Of a DNA stretch of 64,000 nucleotides, positions 36,803-42,255 are shown one piece after another (within the stretch, counting starts at the first letter, position 1; every line of letters starts with the position of its first letter). The stretch covers positions 153,264,001-153,328,000 of the forward strand of contig OZ024741.1 in assembly GCA_964016885.1 (NCBI GenBank), read 5' to 3'. A model generated the notes under the pieces. The model was not told the origin of the DNA, did no database searches, and saw only the letters and a list, made by a program, of their open reading frames with translations. The stretch comes from Eledone cirrhosa. Taxonomy: Eukaryota. Both the position numbers and the translations under genes were made by a program.

Positions 36803-39750
36803 GTGTGTGTGAGACGCCTACGTGTGATGCTTCATGATAATGAAACATGGGCTGTGACTGAAGAGAACATGTGTAGGCTGGAGAGAAATGAAGCAACCAT
36901 GCTTCATTGGATGTGCAATGTAAGTGTGAAGGCAAGGCAGAGCTTCGACGAGCTGAGGGAGAAGCTGGGTTTAAGAGGAATCCGAGGTGGTGTGCAGGAG
37001 AGAAGATTGCGTTGCTAGTTAAGTGCATGGATGAAGAGGTGCCAGGAAATCCCAGTGGAAGGAAGCTGAGCTGCAGTAGAGGTAGACCAAGAAAGACATG
37101 GGTAGAGGTAGTGAAAGCTGATTGCAAAACGTTGAGACTTACAGAGAAGATGACAAAGGAGCACATCAAGTGGAGAGATGCTGTGCTGAGAAGGGCCAGA
37201 CCAATTCATGCAATCGTGGAAAAACGGACGTAAAAATGATGATGGATGATGTGTGTGTGATGTTGTTGTTGTTACAGTTCACACCTGTGTAGATTTAGCC
37301 AGCCTCAATGAGGTTACATCTTTAGTGATAGAGTTTTCAACCCTATCATTCCTGATCCAAATATTCATTGATTTCATCAGAAATTCATCAATGTTGAGCA
37401 ATGAATGTAAATAAAGGTGAGTTTTTTTTAAACTGATACTTTACCAGTAACCTATTCAGGAAAGTGCAACTGTATCATCATCATCACCAATTTACGTCCA
37501 TTTTCCACACTACCATGGGTTAGACGAGTTGTCTTGTTGTGAGCAATGCTAGGTCAGGTGACCATGTCTTGCTCATACAGAACTGATTTTGCATGGTTTC
37601 TACAGCTGGATGCCCTTCCTAATGTTAACGTCATTTACAGCGAGTACTGGGTGCTTTTTGTCATATAAGAACTAAAATTAAATGAACAAGTAATAAAAGT
37701 GAAAGTGTAACTGTACAAGAACTAAAATTATATAAATAATTAGAGTGATGTTCATGATGATGATAAGAAAGAAGAGAACTGACCGTCTTGGATGTTTCCT
37801 TTGCATTTCAGCAATAGAATCAGCTCTGACCATGCCAAATTCACATTGACACATTTTCTAGTACCAGTGTTTGACAAACTTACATTTCTCTGAAATATGT
37901 AAATTAAAAACATATCCAGATTTACTGGTAATAAAACTAAATAGTTAAATTTTTTTAATGCGCATGACTTAGTGGTTAGAGCATTGGGCTTGCAATCGAA
38001 AGGTTGTGAGTTCAATTCTCGGACCGGGTGATGTGTTGTTTCCTTGAGCAAGACACTTTATTTCACATTGCTCCAGTTTACTCAGCTGTAGAAATGAGAT
38101 CATAGGACTGGGGTCCGTATCCTGCCACTGCAAAGTGGACGTGTAGGCACCACGGAAAAAAAGCACCCAGCACTCACTGTAAATGAGGTTGGTGTTAGGA
38201 AGGGCATCCAGCTGTAAAAATCAAGCCAGAATCAGTTCTCGTATGAGCAAGACAAGGTCAGCCGACCGGACACTACCCACAACAGGACAACCCGTCTAAC
38301 CCATGCTAGCGTGGAAGAACGGACATGTGATGATGATGATGATGATAGCTTAAAGTAAGCTGCTTCAACACAGGTTTTTGATTATGTTGAACTTAAAGAG
38401 ACTGAGAAACTAGACAGTATCATCTGTAGGAATCAAAATCATACCTACCATATGTTGAACAACTGCACTACCATTACACCAAACAAGACTGGCCACATGC
38501 CTGTCATTTTTAAACCTTGTCTATCAGCCAGTGGTTGTAAACAAAGAATCATGTTTAAATTGTCTGAATTTCTTTATTGGATATATCATTTTCAGTTATA
38601 GCTTTCCACCCTGAAATATCTGTTCTGACATGCTGTCCAGCAATTCTTTCCTTGGACATTTTAACCACATGTCTGTATTCTATCAGTTATTACCAAAAAT
38701 TTATGATCACTGGACAGATTTTATAGGTAAAGCCAACTGGCAGGAACCCAGAAGTAGACCATGAACAAGATGGCTGGATAACATTCATAAACTCAGTTGA
38801 TCTGTCTTGGGGAGGGTTGCTTCTGAGAAGACCCTCTGGAAGGCATGTCTCATGATTCTGCCCCAACAACCCTCTTAATAGTAAGTGTGCAAAAAAGAAA
38901 AAGGACGAGGAGGACAAGATAAGATGCTACCTCCAATATCTATTGAAAAGTAAGAATAACTCTCATCATATATCTTCTACTGTCAGTACAAAAACCTGAA
39001 GAAATGGTAAATAAGTACATTAGTAATAATTCTTACTTTGATTCTGCAGAGCATTTGAATTGCTTTTGCATGATATTTCTTTTGCTCTTCTAAACTCTTG
39101 ATTCTGTTATAATTTTGAACAAATTCTTCAGTAACTTGCAATGGCGGTCTGTAAAAGATAAAAGTTGAAGATTCAAACAACTATGTTATCTCATTTGATG
39201 TTGTTTTGTTATTTGAAAACCTACTGGACCTTCAGAAAAGGTTTTTAAGTTCAATCCAAACCTGAAATAACATGAATAATAAGAAACTAACCTCTTTCTA
39301 TGAACATTAATTTTTTTTCTACTGCTACTACAATGGTCTCTGCTCCTCAGAGTTAGATAAAGAGAATTAAATGTAAAGCAAGTGTTGTGCAGTTAAAGAG
39401 AATTAAGTGAAATGCAAGCTTTGTGTAGTTAAACATTTCACCATAGGGAAAGAAATAAGTTACAAATCAAGGTGCCTATTTTGACCAGGTACATTATATC
39501 TTTAAAAGAAAATGGTATAGTTGTGGCAGGAACTTTTTTTTTTTTTACATGTCCTATTCAACTAGGGTGGACATGAAGCTAAAGAACAATAACAAAACAA
39601 ATTTTATATTCACCTATTTTGAGAAAAGGAATGTTCAGTGTCGGTGCCATTTGAAAGTGCCTTCTTGTTAAGTCGCCTATTTATGACAAGTCGTTGCTGT
39701 TCGGAAAGTATCCCAAATTTATTAACAATCGGAAAAGTTAATATCGGCAT
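4642..39750 (-). CDS. TMEM232: Transmembrane protein 232 orthologue, spliced gene (14 coding exons, ~701 aa)
   Basis: Exons 39750-39614, 39148-39037, 37889-37784, 34303-34146, 33831-33732, 31090-30921, 25605-25358, 25021-24867, 23745-23678, 21799-21499, 21260-21085, 20758-20517, 17348-17267, 4692-4642. All have AG/GT boundaries and compatible phases (2106 nt, no internal stop). Motifs [54 protein letters not shown] match recalled TMEM232 motifs ([37 protein letters not shown]). Confidence 0.85.
4915..5765 (+). mobile_element. Penelope-like element 3' remnant / pLTR with degenerate hammerhead
   Basis: Hammerhead-like core at 5433-5540. Segment 5528-5765 is homologous to 8058-8288 (opposite strand). 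Ends in (TA)n. Confidence 0.5.
6009..6335 (-). mobile_element. Penelope-associated pLTR-like repeat (inverted copy of 13612-13912)
   Basis: Clear reverse-complement similarity to 13612-13912, which abuts a Penelope GIY-YIG remnant. Confidence 0.6.
6447..7152 (+). mobile_element. Non-coding partial-tandem element (542-bp period, 164-bp direct repeats) carrying a hammerhead; retrozyme/non-autonomous PLE-like
   Basis: 6447-6610 recurs at 6989-7152 with few mismatches. Flanked by (TA)n. No meaningful ORF. Confidence 0.7.
6815..6896 (+). ncRNA. Type I hammerhead ribozyme
   Basis: Stem I ACACACG/CGTGTGT, core CTGAAGA, stem II CCGG/CTGG, GAAA, stem III ACAAATC/GATTTGT, cleavage triplet GTA (6887-6889). 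Confidence 0.75.
7165..7845 (-). mobile_element. 5'-truncated RTE LINE copy (same family as 8523-12362)
   Basis: [12 protein letters not shown]...GRPRKTW C-terminus, shared 3' UTR and (GAT)n tail. Confidence 0.9.
8058..8349 (-). mobile_element. Penelope-like pLTR fragment with fold-back end (perfect palindrome 8235-8334)
   Basis: Minus strand homologous to 5528-5765; 50-bp arms with no spacer. Confidence 0.65.
8523..12362 (-). mobile_element. Apparently full-length RTE-clade LINE
   Basis: Single intact ORF, ~380-bp 3' UTR, (GAT)n tail at 8523-8543. Embedded in (TA/CA)n tracts, so no TSD can be resolved. Confidence 0.92.
8922..12092 (-). CDS. RTE ORF: AP endonuclease + reverse transcriptase + PHD-type zinc finger (~1056 aa from MPKIK; frame stays open further upstream)
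   Basis: APE motifs [30 protein letters not shown]; RT motifs [19 protein letters not shown]; C4HC3 CSVC..CPKC..H..C..CGRC; C-terminal [16 protein letters not shown]. Confidence 0.92.
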   Translation of the reverse strand: MPKIKTNSPLGRECEHSSLFRPRTANITPSPPAPHRPQPPNAIQNFRVGTINVGTLKGRANEVVEMLERKEVDACCIQETRWRGGSARFIEGKKRCYKLFWVGNDDGLGGVGIMVAEKWADKIIDVNRVNDRIIKIRLVLNRTTVTVISAYAPQSGLPGTIKDRFYETLMLTTSQISDSDYIIIAGDLNGHVGQHCDGYDEIHGGYGFGTRNEEGSRILEFCDANNLTICNTNFKKRDNHLITYKSGEHTSQVDYILTRRRDRVSVVNTKSLPHEECTSQHRLIISDLIVRTRRTRQQKRTILRRKIWKLKDPTARNKFQSILLDAFDSKEEHLESDNIEGEWEFLKANLLLATDEVCGWSRPVGRRRVTWWWNSKVEGSIKAKKQAWKVWRDGGSREDYQVARREARRQVYLARREAEERKFKHVLQRDDQKREVFRIARQCVKENRDIVGEKCVLNDDGTLAITDADKKVAWKCHYERLLNEENNWEKGSLPHIDPIEGPAVLVEGSIISKAIKDMKTGKAAGPSEIVAEMLKASGTVGHTMVTRIVNQVVQNGVVPKDWHSSIIVNCYKGKGDALDRSNYRGIKLIDQVMKVTERVIAQLIRERIDLDEMQFGFVSGKSTTDALFIVRQLQEKYLAKGKPLYLAFVDLEKAFDRVPRSIIWWALRKLGVDEWLVRAIQAMYKETVSKVRINNEYSEEFSVKVGVHQGSVLSPLLFIIALQAITEEFKTGCPWELLYADDLTLIAESMAELEKKFQTWKHGLESKGLKINLAKTKVLVCRKENKAAVPSGKWSCSVCRKGVGRNSILCPKCKVWVHKRCSGITGKLTKNIDFTCGRCSGAISSSKCPQTTSSFNCAEGSIEIVDSFRYLGDKISSGGGCSESTVARVRTGWKKFRELIPLLAAKGFSLKMKGRLYDACIRTAMLHGSETWALCAEDIRRLERNEACMLRWMCNSNIRERQSINELRNKLEIRGIRCCLLERRLRWYGHVMRMKVDSCITKCRAIKIDGSHGIGRPRKTWDELINSDITHLHLSKTMSLDRDLWRYSVTEKTRLT
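12790..13560 (-). mobile_element. Penelope-like element fragment (RT thumb, Cys linker, GIY-YIG endonuclease), disrupted
   Basis: WYNPPY..., [50 protein letters not shown] motifs, with stops and frameshifts. Confidence 0.8.
13612..13912 (+). mobile_element. pLTR-like repeat with variant hammerhead (13858-13908)
   Basis: Second copy at 6009-6335 in opposite orientation; AGTTT-CAGAAGA-TCCC/GGGT-GAAAGCAA/TTGCTT-AAACT. Confidence 0.55.
14085..14911. repeat. Long inverted repeat (~340-bp arms 14085-14425 / 14572-14911), probably inverted pLTR pair
   Basis: Arms near-identical; the ORF track gives the same peptide on both strands; bounded by (TA)n. Confidence 0.85.
15527..16310 (-). mobile_element. 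5'-truncated RTE LINE copy
   Basis: HGSETWAL...[12 protein letters not shown], shared 3' UTR and (GAT)n tail. Confidence 0.9.
17267..17348 (-). CDS. TMEM232: TMEM232 coding exon 13 ([28 protein letters not shown])
   Basis: AAACAG acceptor, GTAATT donor, phases 2/0. Confidence 0.75.
17813..18093 (+). mobile_element. CR1-type 3' fragment nested in an older RTE remnant
   Basis: [14 protein letters not shown] 3' end with (ATT)n tail. The flanks rejoin to the RTE sequence seen at 1230-1250 (CCACATGCCCATAG|TATC). Confidence 0.8.
18446..18541. mobile_element. hAT-like MITE
   Basis: TIRs CAGAGTCGGATTT / AATCCGGCCCTG. Confidence 0.5.
18555..18875 (-). mobile_element. tRNA-derived CORE-like SINE with RTE-type tail
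   Basis: Reverse complement of the copies at 37958-38346 and 59628-59935. Confidence 0.75.
19862..20158. mobile_element. hAT/Charlie-like MITE
   Basis: TIRs (T)AGTGGTTCTTAACC / GGTTAAGAACAACTG; flanks CTCTATGC and CTCTAGCT resemble an 8-bp TSD. Confidence 0.6.
20235..20460. repeat. ~20-22 bp minisatellite (TGAGGCAACATTTTGATGTG)
   Basis: About 10 degenerate tandem copies just downstream of exon 12. Confidence 0.8.
20517..20758 (-). CDS. TMEM232: TMEM232 coding exon 12 (FYSTKKT...[11 protein letters not shown]...)
   Basis: TTGCAG acceptor, GTGAGA donor, phases 0/2. Confidence 0.8.
21085..21260 (-). CDS. TMEM232: TMEM232 coding exon 11 ([15 protein letters not shown]...)
   Basis: AAG acceptor, GTATGT donor, phases 1/0. 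Confidence 0.8.
21499..21799 (-). CDS. TMEM232: TMEM232 coding exon 10 ([22 protein letters not shown]...)
   Basis: TTGTAG acceptor, GTAAAT donor, phases 0/1. Confidence 0.85.
21888..22057. repeat. Fold-back MITE-like inverted repeat
   Basis: AAGTAAGCTGCTTCAATGCAGGTT... / ...AACCTGCATTAAAGCAGCTTACTT; partial copy at ~38350. Confidence 0.7.
22127..22252. repeat. Short inverted-repeat element
   Basis: TTTAGAACTGAAATAGAAATAGAAG / CTTCTATTTCTATTTCAATTCTAAA. Confidence 0.55.
22740..23072 (-). mobile_element. tRNA-derived SINE copies (Meta-domain-like)
   Basis: Minus strand: GTTCAAATCCCGCCGAGG B-box-like head followed by GCCTTTCATCC..GGGGTCGATAAAATAAAGTACCAG. Family also at 25680, 28700, 32553-33072, 42610, 42875, 43165, 48685, 55183. 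Confidence 0.7.
23678..23745 (-). CDS. TMEM232: TMEM232 coding exon 9 ([23 protein letters not shown])
   Basis: CTCCAG acceptor, GTGAGT donor; supplies the required phase 1->0 bridge. Confidence 0.7.
24867..25021 (-). CDS. TMEM232: TMEM232 coding exon 8 ([20 protein letters not shown]...)
   Basis: TTAACAG acceptor, GTTGTT donor, phases 2/1. Confidence 0.85.
25358..25605 (-). CDS. TMEM232: TMEM232 coding exon 7 (PSKTQRE...[16 protein letters not shown]...)
   Basis: TTTTAG acceptor, GTAAGG donor, phases 0/2. Confidence 0.8.
25829..28010 (-). mobile_element. 5'-truncated CR1-clade LINE with duplicated 3' tail
   Basis: RT ORF 27897-26119; 3' UTR duplicated (25840-25955 / 25965-26100); (ATT)n tail. 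Confidence 0.9.
26119..27897 (-). CDS. CR1 ORF2 reverse transcriptase portion (592 aa, open)
   Basis: [54 protein letters not shown]. Confidence 0.88.
   Translation of the reverse strand: MTKKAVLEFEQCIATNPDSKVFWKYVHSKQRPHSPVGPLRNPHTSQITDDPKECAELIAECYASIFTVEDQNVPSPPSLTSNSITTMEFTPAMLRRHLKNKRNYASPGLDGVTYLLLKRGRDFLLRQLSFFFQYCLSNGATPEQWKTASVIPLFKKGNRMSPVNYRPVSLTSCMAKLMESCVRETLWNFWSSHSLIRPSQFGFIPNSSCCDQLIEFLEDITRITDSGSWVDVVYLDFAKAFNSVPHKRLMAKLSAMGVRDDLFDWLKSFILSRKEVVTVLGQHSSPYEMSSGVPQGSVLGPLLFVAYINDIDANLQNATVLKYADDIKLYLEIKRTDPEIYNSFLQSDLDTMQQWITDWQLKLAVDKCTTMHFGRKNPASTYSLHNTDIKKSSCERDLGITVSNDLRWTKHVSKIVKKAEGVLASLSKTFVSRSPAIYLKLYTAMVRPHLEFASSVWNPYLARNIDLLETVQRRATKRIPSIRNLPYSERLASLGMDSLKLRRLAMDLVNTHKVFNHLANCNPERLFDLHVSNTRGHAYKIRKQHSSHDFRRHFFTLRVAEAWNKLPASIVSCRDTASFKTLMLPKIRQNYT
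28193..28335. mobile_element. Tc1/pogo-type MITE
   Basis: TA-flanked TIRs CAGGTAAAATTCCATTATAAC / GTTATAATGGAATTTCACTG. Confidence 0.6.
29856..30560 (+). mobile_element. 5'-truncated CR1 copy (same family as 25829-28010, opposite strand)
   Basis: RDLGI...WNKLP ORF end, same 3' UTR and (ATT)n tail. Confidence 0.9.
30921..31090 (-). CDS. TMEM232: TMEM232 coding exon 6 ([17 protein letters not shown]...)
   Basis: TTTTCAG acceptor, GTAAAT donor, phases 1/0. Confidence 0.8.
32553..33072. mobile_element. SINE tandem array containing a fold-back inversion (32699-32943)
   Basis: Several partial copies of the Meta-like SINE; ~118-bp arms, 9-nt loop. Confidence 0.8.
33732..33831 (-). CDS. TMEM232: TMEM232 coding exon 5 ([14 protein letters not shown]...)
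   Basis: TACTAG acceptor, GTGAGT donor, phases 0/1. Confidence 0.85.
33895..34130. repeat. (CAT/CAC)n low-complexity tract
   Basis: Trinucleotide-like repeats. Confidence 0.8.
34146..34303 (-). CDS. TMEM232: TMEM232 coding exon 4 ([10 protein letters not shown]...MKQLK)
   Basis: TTTTCAG acceptor, GTAGCT donor, phases 1/0. Confidence 0.85.
34830..35302 (+). mobile_element. Non-autonomous Helitron
   Basis: A|TC 5' start (TCTAAACTATAATAAAG); 3' hairpin CTAGCAGAAAACCACCC..GGGTGGTTTTTCTG ending CTAG|T. Confidence 0.6.
36812..37250 (+). mobile_element. Older RTE 3' fragment
   Basis: [25 protein letters not shown] and (GAT)n. Similar fragments at 29500-29740, 50650-50950, 58815-59125. Confidence 0.75.
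37784..37889 (-). CDS. TMEM232: TMEM232 coding exon 3 (RNVSLSNTG...KCKGNIQD)
   Basis: TTTCAG acceptor, GTCAGT donor, phases 0/1. Confidence 0.85.
37958..38346 (+). mobile_element. tRNA-derived CORE-like SINE with RTE-type 3' tail
   Basis: A box TGACTTAGTGG, B box GTTCAATTC, CORE-like TGTTTCCTTGAGCAAGACACTT..CAGCTGTAGAAATG, then an RTE-like 3' UTR and (GAT)n. Confidence 0.75.
39037..39148 (-). CDS. TMEM232: TMEM232 coding exon 2 ([15 protein letters not shown]...)
   Basis: TTTTACAG acceptor, GTAAGA donor, phases 2/0. Confidence 0.85.
39614..39750 (-). CDS. TMEM232: TMEM232 coding exon 1 ([21 protein letters not shown]...)
   Basis: ATG at 39750; acceptor AG at 39760-39759; donor GTGAAT; ends phase 2. 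Confidence 0.8.
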
Positions 39751-40138
39751 TGTGTAGTCTGTTTTGATCAGCAAAATTGTGTGCCAGATGGGGAGAGATA
39801 TATAGAAGTAGAGAAAGTGAAAAGAGGAAAATGAGAAATTATACCTAGTAGAATTAGAATAAATGGATAGAACATATTTAGGACATTGAGTTCAGTATCT
39901 GGAAATAGAACAAGATCATCATCATCACCATTTAATGTCCATTTTTCCATACTAGTAAGAGTTAGATAAGTTGTCCCATTGTGAGATATATCAGATCAGA
40001 TGACCGTGTCTTGCTCATACAGAGCTGTTTCTTACTGGGTTTCTACAGCTGAATGCCCTTCCTAACACCAACCACATTTACAGTGTGGATTAGGTGCTTT
40101 TTATCATGGCACCAAAACATATACATGTGTGTGTGTGT

Positions 40139-40245
40139 GTTAGTAAATATAAAGACACGATTCTACATTTCCATACTTCAATTTATAGAATAAATTTGAT
40201 AAATTGAAGTATGGAAAAATAGAACGATGTCTTCGTATTTACTAA
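40139..40245. repeat. Short fold-back inverted repeat
   Basis: TTCCATACTTCAATTTAT / ATAAATTGAAGTATGGAA core with imperfect outer arms. Confidence 0.6.
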
Positions 40246-41531
40246 CATTCCAGTACTCTGTCAGATACTGGTCTAAGTGATACCAGGTCTTACTTAAATG
40301 GGTACAACTGACGTATAGTACTTAAACCTGATTATACCACAGTTCATTGATTGCGGTGATAAAATACAACACTGATAATCAACTAACATCAATATATATA
40401 TATATGTAAAAGGTAAACAGAAATAACAACACAATCGGTACAGTATATGGAAGGAATATATTAGGTTAACGCTTGAAATAGCAGGAAGAGGGTCTTAACG
40501 TTTCGGACGATAGTCCTTCATCCGAGAAAAGAATGAGAAATAAGATAGATTGAGGAGGCGGGCAGGTTGGAATTGGAAAAAATGTCTTTAGATAAAAATA
40601 ACAGGTCCATCTGTTGACATCTCTTGGAAAACATATATATACATGCACACACATATATATATGTATGAAGGACTACAGCTGTATACAAAAGTGCAAGGCA
40701 ATCAAAATTGATGGAAGCTATGGAGTAGGTAGACCCAGAAAGACCTAGGACAAGGTGATAAAAGCTGTCCTCTTAATCCAATATACACCCCACAACTCCT
40801 ACAGCTTCCTCCCACACCACCCTTACTCTGTAAAGTTATGTTGGTACAACAAAACATCTAGCCAACTCGGTAAAGCAGGTGTCACGACAAAAAGCACCTG
40901 GTTCCCACTGTAAATTGGTCATGTAGGAGACATGGAAAAAACACCCAACACACACTGTAAATGTAGTTGGCGTTAGGAAGGGCATCCAGAAACAGTCCTA
41001 TACGAGCAAGACACAGTCACCTGACCCAACTTGCCTCAAGTTGGACAAACCTGTCTAACCAATGCTAGCGTGGAAAATAGACATTAAACACTGATGATGA
41101 TGATATATATTTATGAAGAGGGAATAAGGCTTCTGGATCTATGATGCAAAGGAACTAACAACACAAATTTCAGGAAACCAGTTAGCCTCCTGATCACATA
41201 TCATTCAGGTGAATACACAATCCAGATTGATTTCTTACTTGTAAGACAATGAGATAAATGGACTGTAGTAAATGTGTCACCCAACACAAGCTAGTAATTA
41301 ATGACATCAGACTAAACACTAGACACTTTACGCCGGTCTGCCAAAAATATTAAACCGCAAAAAACAATAAAAACATATAAAATCACATTTAAATAAATGC
41401 TAAAATATACAGCACTGGGGAATGCCTATAATCGGTTTATAGGGGTGGGGGTTAATTGGACAGTTGACTTAAGTCTTGACTTCTGGAACCAATTAACAAC
41501 ACATTGGGTGAGGTATATCTATATATATATA

Positions 41532-41628
41532 CAGGGTGTCCCAAAAAATGTATACACACTTCACATCATTCTAATAAATATTTCCTGTACAGGTAATCAA
41601 ATTGTGTATACATGTTTTGGAGACACCC
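41532..41628. mobile_element. Tc1/mariner MITE
   Basis: TA-CAGGGTGTCCCAAAAAATGTATACAC / GTGTATACATGTTTTGGAGACACCC. Confidence 0.65.
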
Positions 41629-42139
41629 CATCAACAAATCAAACGGACAATAATAAAATTCAGAAATAAGAAGAAAACAGAAAGAAAAGACATACACGGT
41701 TATTCTCTAGAATGACATACACACTCCTTTAATTACTTACCACAACAGGTAATGTTGGTGGTTCTTTCTAAAAAATTTTGAACCAAGACAAGACACGCGT
41801 GACACTACCACGGGTGATAGTGATGCTAGTGTGGTGGAGTAACCTAACACCCTCAGTATGAGCATCACTTGATACTTCAGTAAGGTCAACAATAACTACG
41901 TTAACAGCAGCCCAACTTATCACAAACGTCTAGAATGCCGAAGACTGAAAAATGTCACTAACAAAAATCATAAACAACTCATTACTATAATATATCAGTA
42001 TATTTTATCGAATATTACATTAGCTAAAACGTTTTCCTCCTTGACTCCTTTTTATTGAATGAATATTTTCAGTTAATGCTAGATGGTTTTCTTATAGAAA
42101 CAAACATGTTTTCCAGATATAATACAAAGTCTTTCTTAC

Positions 42140-42240
42140 GTACGCCATGTTAGTTTTTTAACAGTTGCCATAGTTACGTGAAGTAATGAGATTTCACGTT
42201 ATTTAGCAGTTAAGATGCGAGATTAAGCTGCGATGTAAAC
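42140..42240. promoter_or_regulatory. Bidirectional promoter region TMEM232/LYRM7 with RFX X-box (42164-42177) and YY1-like AACATGGCG (minus strand)
   Basis: Minus strand reads GTAACTATGGCAAC. Minus-strand GTAAG donor at 42139 (putative non-coding first exon). LYRM7 ATG at 42241. Confidence 0.65.
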
Positions 42241-42255
42241 ATGTCCCGAAAGCAG
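42241..42255 (+). CDS. LYRM7: LYRM7 exon 1 (MSRKQ)
   Basis: AAACATG context, CAG|GTAAG donor. Confidence 0.75.

Noticed and set aside
39200-39262. Candidate extra TMEM232 exon after a TTTCAG acceptor
   Set aside because: No donor giving the required phase 2; exons 1 and 2 already join in frame
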